Shown: one piece after another, positions 8,583 to 19,869 of the stretch | Layout of the letters: each line of letters opens with the position of its first letter | Position numbering within the stretch: position 1 is the stretch's first letter | NCBI GenBank assembly: GCA_958295815.1 | Contig: OY282374.1 | Location: forward strand, 2,882,856 to 2,946,855 | Direction of reading: 5' to 3' | DNA length: 64,000 nucleotides | Source of the DNA: Candidatus Poribacteria bacterium | Lineage (GTDB): Bacteria; Poribacteria; WGA-4E; WGA-3G | The notes under the pieces: model-generated | Told to the model about the DNA's origin: nothing | The model's input: the letters and a program-made list of their open reading frames with translations, nothing else | The model's database searches: none | Made by a program: the position numbers and the translations under genes

Positions 8583-10976
8583 TCAAGTTAATCCGATCCG
8601 CTTACGCAAGAACCATTCAGTGCCTAACAGCCCAACAACCGCAATGAGTACCAGTGGATGTGTCCAGAGTTCACGTTCAGCATCGACGAATACCGGATTT
8701 TGGACTTTGGCAACGTTCTCAGGAAGCGATTCTGCCTCGGCTATCGTAAAATAGGCACCACCGGTCTGTTCGGTGAGTTGTTTTAGCAGTGTTTCATTGA
8801 GTTGTGGTGTCTCCAACTCTGCAAGCTGCGGATGTGCATAAATTTCGATTTGATCTTCGCCCAACGTAAGGTTTCCACTTCTGCCGACCGCCTTAATACG
8901 ATAAGTTCCTTTCTGTAATAACTCGAATTGAGCAGTATAGAGATTTCCGATGTTAGAGATTACGCTTTGTTGCGATGCTAATCCGTTTGTATTCTCAATT
9001 GCACTGCGGATTTGGAGTCGAAAGGGTGCTCCCTCAGGTGGTATAGCCTCAATCTGAACTGTCGCGTCAGTTTGCCGTTGATAGGTTTCAGAATACAGAT
9101 ACGCCGTCACTTTGGCTGTATCCCCTATCGTATAGGTTTCGGCATCTGCGGAGAGGTAGAGTTTCTCATCATCGGTGTCGGTTGCCATCCACCGGATCAC
9201 TTGTGCCCAAAATCGTGGATAGATAGACCGGTAGCGACTGTTTTTAAAGGTTTTGACTCCGAAATCCCAATTCCAGAGACCCTCTGCCGCAATAAGGAGA
9301 CTTTTACCTAAACCTGATCTCTGAAGGACCAGAAGAGGCACACCCTTTCCATCCTCCATAAGGGCAGTCGCGCCACCTCTGAGACGGAAACCACTAAAAG
9401 ATCGCGATAAGGAAACGGGCAGGTTTTGCCATAAGGTAGCATTATTTCCGACCAGTCCGTCGGTGCCGTTTCTCTGTGCGCTCTGCTTTTCAGCAATCTG
9501 GAGCATCGGATGGAACGCCCCAGATTGGGTCAACTGTAGCGTGAATTCTGTGTCGTGTATACGGCACCCCCTCGCCGGTATGTCAACCGGCAAAAGTTGC
9601 GCCAATTCCGTGTTTTTAAGTCCATTTACACCGAGCGTATTCCGGGAAGCGAGAAAAATAATAGGTTTGCCTTGCATCTCAACGAAATCAACAATCGCGA
9701 GTTGCTGTGCCGTGGTAAGATGTGCTTCCCCCAAATCCCCTAAAATCAGCACATCGTATTTAGCGAGTTCAGTTCGCGTTTCAGGGAATCGCGGTGTTTC
9801 GGATGCTGGTGTGGTTTGCGGGTAATACCCATCTAAGCGTTTGATCGCTGTATCTGCAGGCGTTTGCCCTGATTTGCTACGCGATAAGATTGCATAAGTC
9901 GCTTCAACATCCGGGTCTCGCTCCAATGCCCGTTTTAAGAAAGTGGAATCCCATCTGGGTCTGCCTTCGAGATAGAAGACGCTGAGTTTCGCTTTCACGA
10001 CTTTCACGGAAAACGTCTTTTGATTGTTCGCCTCTGTCAGTTCACCATCGAGTGCTGGAAGTGTGACCGTATATTGGAAGTTTCCCTCAGTCTGAGGTGT
10101 CAACTTCAGTTCGATCACCTGTTTTGTGGTTGTATTCGCTTGCGTGCTTTCCGTATTAGATTCAAAGGTTAGCGTTGCAGCATCTATGAGTGTATTTTCA
10201 TTTACTTCACGCAAAGACAGTCGCGTCGTCTTGCCGGTGTACCCCGTTTGTGTTACATTCACACGAACAATGCTCTCATGACCTGTGTAGGCGACGGGTG
10301 CGTAATCAATGTGTTGAATTTGAATATCTTTTGGTGGATCCACAGCACCTACACCGACAGCATAGATCGGCACGTCCAAAGCAGTAATCGCATCTAAAGG
10401 GAACTGTCCAGAATTGTGCCCGCCATCAGTAATTAGGACAATACCAGCAGTCTGCTGCCCTTTCCATGTAGATGCTGCCTCTTGTATTGCTTTTCCAACA
10501 TTGGTGAGTGCGCCTTCAGGTTCAAACTGTGGGATTTCGGCATTAACATTAACATCTTGCCCAAGCGGAACACTCTGATGTAGTCCCGTATCGAAAGGAT
10601 AAAGATGCACCTCAAATCGATTTCGCAGTGTCTGAAGGAATTCCCCCGGAATATCAAATAGGAGTCGGTTTACCTGACGCAGTCTCGACTCCGGTATTTC
10701 ATCAGTGGGGACATCCACGAGCTCCATACTTCGCGACGTATCTACCAGAATGGAGAGGTGTGTCGGTGGTGTGATGTCCCTTTTTTCGATAACGATGGGG
10801 GCTAAAAGACAAGCAAGCAGGATTGACGCAGCGAAGATTCGCAGTACAACGAGCAAAACCCGATACCTCGGATGTATAGGACGTGCTACCCGGAAGTAGA
10901 CGAACACGGTTATGCCAATGGCAATACCGATACCGAGTGCAACTGCCCACCCGGGCCAAAAATAGGTGAATCGCAT
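8583..10976 (-). CDS. VWA-domain / class I glutamine-amidotransferase-like membrane protein
   Basis: DTSRSM MIDAS motif, LITDGGHN, EGRPRWD, YDVLILGD, C-terminal TM EWFLRKR; AGGAGA RBS before ATG 10976. Confidence 0.85.
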   Translation of the reverse strand: MRFTYFWPGWAVALGIGIAIGITVFVYFRVARPIHPRYRVLLVVLRIFAASILLACLLAPIVIEKRDITPPTHLSILVDTSRSMELVDVPTDEIPESRLRQVNRLLFDIPGEFLQTLRNRFEVHLYPFDTGLHQSVPLGQDVNVNAEIPQFEPEGALTNVGKAIQEAASTWKGQQTAGIVLITDGGHNSGQFPLDAITALDVPIYAVGVGAVDPPKDIQIQHIDYAPVAYTGHESIVRVNVTQTGYTGKTTRLSLREVNENTLIDAATLTFESNTESTQANTTTKQVIELKLTPQTEGNFQYTVTLPALDGELTEANNQKTFSVKVVKAKLSVFYLEGRPRWDSTFLKRALERDPDVEATYAILSRSKSGQTPADTAIKRLDGYYPQTTPASETPRFPETRTELAKYDVLILGDLGEAHLTTAQQLAIVDFVEMQGKPIIFLASRNTLGVNGLKNTELAQLLPVDIPARGCRIHDTEFTLQLTQSGAFHPMLQIAEKQSAQRNGTDGLVGNNATLWQNLPVSLSRSFSGFRLRGGATALMEDGKGVPLLVLQRSGLGKSLLIAAEGLWNWDFGVKTFKNSRYRSIYPRFWAQVIRWMATDTDDEKLYLSADAETYTIGDTAKVTAYLYSETYQRQTDATVQIEAIPPEGAPFRLQIRSAIENTNGLASQQSVISNIGNLYTAQFELLQKGTYRIKAVGRSGNLTLGEDQIEIYAHPQLAELETPQLNETLLKQLTEQTGGAYFTIAEAESLPENVAKVQNPVFVDAERELWTHPLVLIAVVGLLGTEWFLRKRIGLT

Positions 10977-11002
10977 ATCTCTCCTAATTCCTTTCTCCAC
11001 AT

Positions 11003-11032
11003 ATTATAGTGTAATTAGGGGAGAGATGTCAA
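11003..11032 (-). promoter_or_regulatory. Sigma70-type promoter for the VWA-DUF4159-DUF4175 genes
   Basis: TTGACA-18nt-TATAAT on the minus strand. Confidence 0.65.
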
Positions 11033-11043
11033 ACGGAATTTCA

Positions 11044-11128
11044 GTTGTGGGTTATAAGTTATAGGGAGTTATAAGTTATAGGTTAGTAAGTTATAAGTTA
11101 AGAGTCGGGAACGGAGTTCCGTCCTACA
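11044..11128. repeat. GTTATAA-type heptamer tract followed by REP-like GTCGGGAACGGAGTTCCGTCCTACA
   Basis: Repeated gttataa/gttatag units; hairpin family also at 25413, 30858 and 30915. Confidence 0.7.
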
Positions 11129-11165
11129 GAAAAATAAAATGTCCTGACGATATTCGTAAGTAAGG

Positions 11166-11195
11166 TTGACAATTTGCAAAGTGCTGTGATAAAAT
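11166..11195 (+). promoter_or_regulatory. Sigma70-type promoter (divergent)
   Basis: TTGACA-18nt-TAAAAT with TG extension. Confidence 0.6.
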
Positions 11196-11234
11196 ATGCT
11201 TAATCCAAATTCTTTTATAGGCATGGAGCAGAAT

Positions 11235-11609
11235 ATGGCACCGGAAAATAATAACGAGAGTGCAGTCGAAACCGAAGATTCGACCCAGGCAGAGAGTGGC
11301 GTTATCATCAATGCCGTTCAGATGCAATCGCTCGATATTAGTGATCGGTTCAACCGGGTGAAAACAGAGACGGGTTGGAAAATCAAGTTAGAAGCAACAG
11401 CGCGTGTCACTATTAATTTCATGACAAGTATGCGGAAATTTGAAATAACATTGATGGAAAATGACGTTATTGAGCGGGATGGGGACGACCTGATTTTGCT
11501 TCGCAACCAACCGACAGACGCGTACCGCTCACAGCGGAGCGTATCGCCGCTTGCCCGAAGTCGTGGACAGACGCTCGCCTCTGAACCAGAAGAAGGTAAG
11601 ACAGTTTAA
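11235..11609 (+). CDS. Hypothetical protein
   Basis: ORF with GGAG RBS 6 nt before ATG 11235, downstream of promoter. Confidence 0.65.
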   Translation: MAPENNNESAVETEDSTQAESGVIINAVQMQSLDISDRFNRVKTETGWKIKLEATARVTINFMTSMRKFEITLMENDVIERDGDDLILLRNQPTDAYRSQRSVSPLARSRGQTLASEPEEGKTV

Positions 11610-11639
11610 TTCTATTTTCGTAGAAAGGTATAGAGGATT

Positions 11640-12164
11640 GTGTCCATTTTAGACCGCATCTATCGGCTTCTTTCCAGTTTAAAGGGCGGCACGATGATCC
11701 CAACGGAGATAGTGCTGAGTTCGGGAAGTTATGCGCAAATTGCATCTGAACTTTCCGAAAGACTTGGCTCTCCAGGGATATCACATTTGCAATTGGCGCA
11801 CCACCTCGCCCTAACAGTCTCTATCCAACAAGAAAATACGGATTTGGTTATCCTAAAGGAGTTAATTCCGAACCCGTGTCCAATTTGTCACCACCGGTTG
11901 ACGTTTCTTCGGGAGACGATTGAACGTTTCGAGAACGAAGGCTCCTGCTCGATTCGCTGCCCGATGGGTCACCGTTATCAAGGCGAGTTGAAGGTCTATT
12001 ACCTGAACATTTTTGAAGAAAATGATATCGAACTGGAAAAGCCAGTAAAGAAGTGTCCAGACTGCGGGAGCAAGAACATCCAGTATTTAGGACCCAAGGT
12101 GATGTTCTGCCTTGATTGTGATTGGGATAGTGGTATGGAGCCGCGGTATCAGATCCATAGGTAA
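11640..12164 (+). CDS. Hypothetical double zinc-ribbon protein
   Basis: CPIC...CPMGH and CPDC...CLDC motifs; AGAGGA RBS. Confidence 0.7.
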   Translation: MSILDRIYRLLSSLKGGTMIPTEIVLSSGSYAQIASELSERLGSPGISHLQLAHHLALTVSIQQENTDLVILKELIPNPCPICHHRLTFLRETIERFENEGSCSIRCPMGHRYQGELKVYYLNIFEENDIELEKPVKKCPDCGSKNIQYLGPKVMFCLDCDWDSGMEPRYQIHR

Positions 12165-12200
12165 TAGGTGCGCTTGGGAGCGCACCTATCGTAAATTCGT

Positions 12201-13850
<1,650 letters not shown>

Positions 13851-13910
13851 TTAGTTTTTTGTGTTTAATGTTAAATATAAAAGATATTGCGCATAGAAAT
13901 CGCTGCTATA

Positions 13911-13939
13911 ATTATAGCATGTACACTGCATAAAGTCAA
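13911..13939 (-). promoter_or_regulatory. Sigma70-type promoter of groEL
   Basis: TTGACT-17nt-TATAAT on the minus strand, about 75 nt upstream of the start. Confidence 0.75.
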
Positions 13940-14015
13940 TTTTTTATAGGAGCAGATGGACACAAAAAAAAAAGGCGAGGTCAGGAACCTCGCCAATCAG
14001 GTAAAACAAAAGTGG

Positions 14016-14747
14016 TTAGAATCCACGCGAATCTTTCAAACTTCCCCAAGTGACTGACAATTTCCCGACGGGATCTACATCAAGCGTCGCCTCACCCAAT
14101 GTAATCGCTGGAATGATAGGCACCGACCCTAATTCCAAGGAAAGGATGTCTATCGTTTCGATCCAAATATCGGGGCGCGGGTTTTCCCACTTTGTGGTAA
14201 TCAACCCGGCGTGTCCACAAGGACCGCCTTCTTTCATTACCCATCCCCAGACGGAGTTATCGTCTTGGAGTGCAGCATCGTCGTGGCACCAATCATCTGA
14301 GTTGAACCCTGAAATCATCTCCAGTTCTTCTTTCTTCCCGTCTCGGTAGTTCATGACAAACACATAACTTGGAACGCCGTTCTGTTCCCATCCGGTTGCG
14401 TGGAGAAAATAGACGAATTTCGCCTGGCCTTCGACGACGATATCGTTGACCGCCTTGGGCCATTTTGCTGCGTTCGTTCCAAAAACGACGATGGCACCAT
14501 CAATAATTTTGAATTCGACTTTGCCATCAGGTCCCTCAAACTCGTCAACCTTATCGATAGGCAAGCGAGAAAGTGTGCTGTCCCCTGGGTTCAGTGTCCA
14601 CCACTCGTGCTTGACCAGTTTCGTGTTTGAGAAGGGTTCTAAGTCAACAAATATCCAATCCTCTAACGCCGCGGTAGCGATTCCTGTGGAAAAGAGGCTG
14701 ACAGCACATAGCAGTACAATCAGTCCTGACAATTTAACCAGTTTCAT
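14016..14747 (-). CDS. Secreted protein, probable carbohydrate-binding jelly-roll, with C-terminal TWG motif
   Basis: Signal peptide; YFLHATGW, WENPRPD; tail VDPVGKLSVTWGSLK. Confidence 0.75.
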   Translation of the reverse strand: MKLVKLSGLIVLLCAVSLFSTGIATAALEDWIFVDLEPFSNTKLVKHEWWTLNPGDSTLSRLPIDKVDEFEGPDGKVEFKIIDGAIVVFGTNAAKWPKAVNDIVVEGQAKFVYFLHATGWEQNGVPSYVFVMNYRDGKKEELEMISGFNSDDWCHDDAALQDDNSVWGWVMKEGGPCGHAGLITTKWENPRPDIWIETIDILSLELGSVPIIPAITLGEATLDVDPVGKLSVTWGSLKDSRGF

Positions 14748-14777
14748 GACGGATTCCTCCGATGTTAGTTTGTGGGA

Positions 14778-14844
14778 TAGTATAACAGGAGTATAGACTG
14801 GTGTCTATAAATTTTGGAGGGTGTGCCAGAGAGGTTTTACGCGT
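14778..14844. repeat. About 67-nt direct repeat, copy 1 (contains TAGACA-17-TATACT promoter on the minus strand)
   Basis: Near-identical to 16665-16732. Confidence 0.8.
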
Positions 14845-15124
14845 CGGGTTCGTCATCTCCATATCCGCGTGCAAGGGTCTGCATAGAGAGCCGATACCAT
14901 CCTTCACGATCCAGCGATTCTTGTTCCGATTCATATTTGTCAATGAGCACCTCAACGATTTCCATTAACGAAGCCAATGGATGATTTTCATTTTCGCCGA
15001 TGAGTTCTATTAAGTGGTCTCGCAAAACAGAAAGCCGCTGATAATCGCTTTCTGTGCGTGGGACAAATATAATAGGAGTCAGTTGTGGCCATATATCTTG
15101 AGCGGTTTGTATCTCGGTTAGCAT
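14837..15124 (-). CDS. HigA-like antitoxin N-terminal domain lacking the HTH, with a different acidic C-terminal tail
   Basis: PRTESDYQRL...GENENHPLASLMEIVEVLIDKYE resembles a HigA N-terminus; AAGGAG RBS. Confidence 0.65.
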   Translation of the reverse strand: MLTEIQTAQDIWPQLTPIIFVPRTESDYQRLSVLRDHLIELIGENENHPLASLMEIVEVLIDKYESEQESLDREGWYRLSMQTLARGYGDDEPDA

Positions 15125-15346
15125 ATTAACTCCTTGTTAATATTCCAAAAATTCTCCAAAATCTAATGGTTGTAACGTGAAATCGACACAAACAGGCAGT
15201 AATCGACATCCAGTGTCCAATGACATTTAATTGATATATCGGACTCGCGCTACGCCAATCTCTGGAATAGTATAACACAATTGAAATGATGTCTACAAAT
15301 TCTGATAGAAGGGTAGGAGAGCCTTTACGGCAGGCACACATCGAAA

Positions 15347-16435
15347 TTAATTTCTGCGATGTTTGTTGTAGGCAAATTCAAGAACAGGGAGAAGTTCAGA
15401 TATGGTTTTAGCTACACGATAATAGACAAAATGGACTGGTCCATGTTTGCTAATACGACAAAATTCACATCCATACTGACGTCTCAATTGTTCTGCCTCC
15501 ACTTCCACTATTCGGACAAAAACTTCAAGTGGATTCTGTCCACTAAGAATAAGTCCAAACGGTCTCTCTATTTTCAGGCTTCCCCTATATCCGAGAAAAA
15601 AACCACAACCAAAAAGACTGTTAGCAACATCCCTAAATCGCAGTTTTAATTCCCACTGTTCTTTTATAATTAAATTTATTAAGTCTGCTGAGCCTTTATA
15701 AAACGCTTCGTATACCTCTATAAGATATTTTGACTGACAGCGCTCGCTAAACCTTTGAGGTGCTGAATTTTTAACCTTCGATGCAGTCCACACACCTGTC
15801 CCAAGAAGTGTAATAAATCCAGAAGAATCTATTACCTCTGTGTGTGTCAACTCGTTACCAATTCCATCGTCATAAGGATCAGTTCTATGATTAATTGGAC
15901 TAGGTTCGGGAATATCTACTGTCCCTCGCTCCTCTAATGCGATTTCAGCATTCAATTCTGCTTCACCGGATGCCACATTCGATTTTAGGAGATATTTTTC
16001 CAAATTAGAGATAGCATTCTCCCGATTTTCAATATCGGTTTCGCAAAAAATTCTGTCACTCAAACTGGAGGCTTCCCACCGAGAGAGATAAAACCGCCAG
16101 AGTTTTCCGTTCGTAATTATGGCAAGCGGAATATTTCCGCTATAAGCGTAAAAACAGATTTGCTGCTGGTTTCTTTCGATTGGTTGATCCCATCGCTTGC
16201 ATTCAATGAGCACCGCAGGACTTTCTTCTCGTATGATGTGTAAGGCATAATCAGCCCTTCTACTTTCAACCTTATATTCCGGCAAGATTTCCATAGACGC
16301 TAAATTGGTATCATCCCACCCTAAAGCCCGCAGAATTGGTAAGACAACATATTGCTGAATGGTCGCCTCATTGGCTTCCTCTAAGTGGTGCTTGTGCTCA
16401 AGAATATGGGAAATCGTGTTTCTCAAATCATTCAT
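15347..16435 (-). CDS. Type I restriction enzyme HsdR N-terminal-like (PD-(D/E)xK) domain protein
   Basis: NEATIQQYVVLPILRALGWD, PEY, ADYAL, IECK, AIITNGKLWRFY; AT-rich. Confidence 0.8.
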   Translation of the reverse strand: MNDLRNTISHILEHKHHLEEANEATIQQYVVLPILRALGWDDTNLASMEILPEYKVESRRADYALHIIREESPAVLIECKRWDQPIERNQQQICFYAYSGNIPLAIITNGKLWRFYLSRWEASSLSDRIFCETDIENRENAISNLEKYLLKSNVASGEAELNAEIALEERGTVDIPEPSPINHRTDPYDDGIGNELTHTEVIDSSGFITLLGTGVWTASKVKNSAPQRFSERCQSKYLIEVYEAFYKGSADLINLIIKEQWELKLRFRDVANSLFGCGFFLGYRGSLKIERPFGLILSGQNPLEVFVRIVEVEAEQLRRQYGCEFCRISKHGPVHFVYYRVAKTISELLPVLEFAYNKHRRN

Positions 16436-16485
16436 GCAAAATTTTCCTAAGTTGTAAGAATTGATAAAATTTCTGGCAGGACTAA

Positions 16486-16560
16486 CACACATGTCGCCCC
16501 GCTGGGGCTAAAGCGGGGAACAGCATCTGCCACTATAGACATATCGCCCCGCTCGGGCTT
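16486..16560. repeat. Pair of ACAT(A/G)TCGCCCCGCT(G/C)GGGCT REP-like repeats
   Basis: Two direct copies with internal GCCCC/GGGGC hairpin. Confidence 0.7.
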
Positions 16561-16664
16561 TAACACATTTTCGAGTCGGCTTAAAAGTTTCCCCGACGAT
16601 TGATGAAAAGGCATCTAAAAACGTGAGGAAATAACATTTATTATTTTAAGGTAGCAACTTGGAT

Positions 16665-16732
16665 TAGTATAACAGGGATTATAAACTGGTGTCTATAAAT
16701 TTTGGAGGGTATGCCAGAGGGATTCTGCGCGT
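16665..16732. repeat. About 67-nt direct repeat, copy 2
   Basis: Near-identical to 14778-14844. Confidence 0.8.
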
Positions 16733-16758
16733 AGGTTAGATTGAAAAGGTTACATAGT

Positions 16759-17826
16759 TTAATGGGATTTTTTTAGTTCTCCCCAGTGCGTTGGAAGTTT
16801 GTCTTTTGCTTCAACGGGACGAAAGCCGGTATCATATGCCTCAACAATTGGCGAGAATCTTCCGGCTCCCATGTAACCACCTAAGGCATAGATTGTACCA
16901 TTAACAACAACCGTCATTGTAGTTTTTAGGCTTGTCATTGGCTCTATTTTGCGCCATGTGTTGACTGTTGGATCATAAATATCAACATTACCGATGTATT
17001 TAAGCTCATTTTCCAACCTCATACCACCTATTGTATACACCTCATTATCGACAGCAACGGTTTCAAACCAGCCTTTGAACATTGGCATGTCAGGGAGCTG
17101 ACGCCACTTGTCGGTCTTTGGATTATATTCTTCAATACTTTTAACGAAACGTTCGGGAAGACCGGGGACCCACCGCCAAGTATAACCACCGAGAACATAA
17201 ATTTTACCGCCTACAACGACAGCATCAGTCTGCCCTCGTTCTGTCGGCATGTCTGCGCGCTTCTCCCATCTATTAGTCAACGGATCATAGACCTCAACGA
17301 GACCTGTTGCCTCACCATCACCAAGTTTTTTGTCGAGAACACGTCCACCGATGACGTATATCTTTCCATCAACGACAGCGGTAGTGAAGCCGTCACGAAG
17401 TATTGGCATATTCCGCTTTTTGACCCATGTGTCGGTTCCTGTGTCATACATCTCGACGTTCTTTTTGTATCTCCTCGCACCCCGATGGCCTTTTCGATCA
17501 TATCCTCCAAACACATAGATTTCGTTGGAAAAAACTGCAGTTTGCGGCGTAACCCGCGGTGTTGGCATATTTGCAGCTGCGTGCCATGTCTTCGTCTGCG
17601 TGTCGTAGACATCTACTGTTGAAAGCGCAGGCGCACCACCCCCTAAATTTTCATGGTGATCGAAACCACCAATGAGATAAATTTCACCCTTGACAACAGC
17701 AGCGGCATCACCTATGCGCCATGTTGGCAGTTCGGACACCTGTTCCCAATCACGAGCAAAACTGCTGGAAACAACAACGAGTAAGAGGGTAAAAACCCAT
17801 TGCAAATACCTGTATTTTGCGAGCAT
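16759..17826 (-). CDS. Secreted Kelch-repeat beta-propeller protein with C-terminal TWG-like motif
   Basis: Six IYxxGG...YD(P)xTxxW Kelch repeats; signal peptide; tail VEAKDKLPTHWGELK. Confidence 0.92.
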   Translation of the reverse strand: MLAKYRYLQWVFTLLLVVVSSSFARDWEQVSELPTWRIGDAAAVVKGEIYLIGGFDHHENLGGGAPALSTVDVYDTQTKTWHAAANMPTPRVTPQTAVFSNEIYVFGGYDRKGHRGARRYKKNVEMYDTGTDTWVKKRNMPILRDGFTTAVVDGKIYVIGGRVLDKKLGDGEATGLVEVYDPLTNRWEKRADMPTERGQTDAVVVGGKIYVLGGYTWRWVPGLPERFVKSIEEYNPKTDKWRQLPDMPMFKGWFETVAVDNEVYTIGGMRLENELKYIGNVDIYDPTVNTWRKIEPMTSLKTTMTVVVNGTIYALGGYMGAGRFSPIVEAYDTGFRPVEAKDKLPTHWGELKKSH

Positions 17827-17978
17827 AATGTTCTCCTTAGACATTTATGACACGTGTGTTTGACATAGAAGTGTTCAGAAAGAGGACTCCTTACTATTGT
17901 TAAAGTGTTAAAGACGCAATTTTAGGGTGGAAAAGGTGCATAATTTGGGAAAAATGACAAAATAGTTTTCAGGAAGGA

Positions 17979-18079
17979 CGTTGGGTTCACTCTCGCGCCT
18001 TTAAAGGAGAATCGCAGATGAAGACTGTCGTATTTTGGATGTATAGTGTTTCATCTCCGCCCGTTCAACCCAACCTACG
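17979..18079. repeat. REP-like element with GTTGGGTT...AACCCAACCTACG ends
   Basis: Inverted ends; reads CGTAGGTTGGGTTGAAC on the minus strand. Confidence 0.55.
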
Positions 18080-18107
18080 TGTCAATCTTTAATATTGAAC
18101 TTACGTT

Positions 18108-19817
18108 TTATTCTTTTCGCTTTGGCACAGCAGGTTCGACGTATAGTGTCTTTTCGCGTGTGTAATGTACATAGCCTGCGACGTTGCCTTTTCGTTTGAC
18201 GACATAACGCGCCCATGTGTAGTCAACAGGGACATTGCTAGCATGGTGCGCTTTGCTGTAATAAGCGGCGAGTTGCGCGGCTTGTAATAAGGTCGGCATC
18301 GGGATGTCTTGTCGGTTCTCTGGGTTACGGATGATTACGTGTGAACCGTGTATCTGCTTGGTATGGAGCCACATATCACGCGGTTTAGCGATTTGACGTA
18401 AGAGCAGGTCGTTGGATTGGCTGTTTCGTCCAACGTATATCTGAAATCCGTTGGTAGAGGTGTATTTTCGGAAAGGACCGTCGCTTGCTTCCTGTTTCTG
18501 CTTCCCGCGCTGTGAGGACTTAATGTAGCCATTGGTAACAAACTCGGTGCGGAGACGTTGGAGTGTTTGTAAAGTGTCAGCGGATTCCAATTTGGATACA
18601 CAAAGCCGCAGTGTCTCCTGCTCCGCCTCAAGGTCTGAAATTAGCTGCAGGATACGCGACCGTCCGCGTTTCGCTTTCGTATACTTCTTGAAATAAGCCT
18701 GTGCGTTCTCGGAAGGGGTCTGCTCAGGGTCGAGAGGAATTACCAACATTTCCAGTTCAGGACTGTAGTAGTTCTGCAACTCGACCTGTTTTTGTCCACG
18801 GGTAATGTTATGTAAATTGGCGAGTAGCAATTCTCCCTGAATACGGTAATCTTCTGATTTCTCTGCCCGTTCTAAGTCGTTACACAGCCCATCTGCTTTT
18901 CGCTGAAGTAGATTCTCCTGTTTCTTCAACGCCTGCGTAAGCGCATGCTGTTCTGAATCCATAAGCTCCTTCAGCGTGATTGCATCGTAGTATGCCCCGA
19001 GTGCTTCGTTCATTGTCTCGAATGCTTGACAAAAGGCTTGCGGAAATTGATGCAGGGGCAGTGGAGATGCGGCAATCGGTTCATCGTTATCCATAAGCAG
19101 TTGTGGTGTGGCATGCTTTGGATCGAAATAGGCTATAACTTGCTGATAGGCATCCCAGAGCTCTGTCTCCGCTGCGCGTGCGACGACCTCTTTTGCGAGT
19201 GTAGGACCGAAGCCGTCAATCTTATTGAAAAGCTGCCGCCAACTCACTTGAGCCTGTCCGCCAACAAGTTCGGTAAACGCCGCTTTGTCTAACGTCAGCG
19301 GATCCAACTTCTCCTGTTGTGGTGGTAAAGTGTAAGTCTCACCGGGCATAACCTCGCGGTGCCGACTCATTGTCTCGTCGATGCGTTTGAGACTCTCTAA
19401 GATCCGATCATCCTCTGTATCAACAAGAATGATGTTGCTATATTTCCCCATGCACTCCGCTATAAGGGCTTTCGGGGAGGGTTGTATAGGATCATCGGAA
19501 ACGGGTTGGACGGTTATCTTGAGTATCCGATCCCAACCGAGTTGTTCAATCTCGGTGATTGTGCCACGTCTGAGATGCGTTGTGAGGAAGTCCGCAAGAT
19601 AAGACTGTTTCTGTCCAGGTGGCGGCTTTTCGATGAGGTGTGCTCGTGCATGCAGCGAATGTGCCGATAACGTGAGCCAATGGTTTTCTGCAGCGCGACC
19701 GATTTTGAATGAAAAAGTGTGTGCGTTCGCCTGTTCAATGTGCCGAATCGTGCTACCTAAAAGGGCATCGCGCAGCTCATGAACGACAAAACGGAGAGCT
19801 AAACTATCGTAAGACAT
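18108..19817 (-). CDS. rqcH: Ribosome quality control protein RqcH (NFACT/FbpA family)
   Basis: DRIL, ECMGKYSNIILV, ENAQAYFKKYTKAK, VGRNSQSNDLL, GSHVII, VPVDYT. Confidence 0.93.
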   Translation of the reverse strand: MSYDSLALRFVVHELRDALLGSTIRHIEQANAHTFSFKIGRAAENHWLTLSAHSLHARAHLIEKPPPGQKQSYLADFLTTHLRRGTITEIEQLGWDRILKITVQPVSDDPIQPSPKALIAECMGKYSNIILVDTEDDRILESLKRIDETMSRHREVMPGETYTLPPQQEKLDPLTLDKAAFTELVGGQAQVSWRQLFNKIDGFGPTLAKEVVARAAETELWDAYQQVIAYFDPKHATPQLLMDNDEPIAASPLPLHQFPQAFCQAFETMNEALGAYYDAITLKELMDSEQHALTQALKKQENLLQRKADGLCNDLERAEKSEDYRIQGELLLANLHNITRGQKQVELQNYYSPELEMLVIPLDPEQTPSENAQAYFKKYTKAKRGRSRILQLISDLEAEQETLRLCVSKLESADTLQTLQRLRTEFVTNGYIKSSQRGKQKQEASDGPFRKYTSTNGFQIYVGRNSQSNDLLLRQIAKPRDMWLHTKQIHGSHVIIRNPENRQDIPMPTLLQAAQLAAYYSKAHHASNVPVDYTWARYVVKRKGNVAGYVHYTREKTLYVEPAVPKRKE

Positions 19818-19869
19818 GGCGGAATTTCACCTCTATAGCAGAAAACAGGATGCATTGGAAAGTGCGTCT

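Noticed and set aside
11877..11891. CxxCH heme motif (CPICH)
   Set aside because: No export signal; it pairs better with CPMGH as a zinc ribbon
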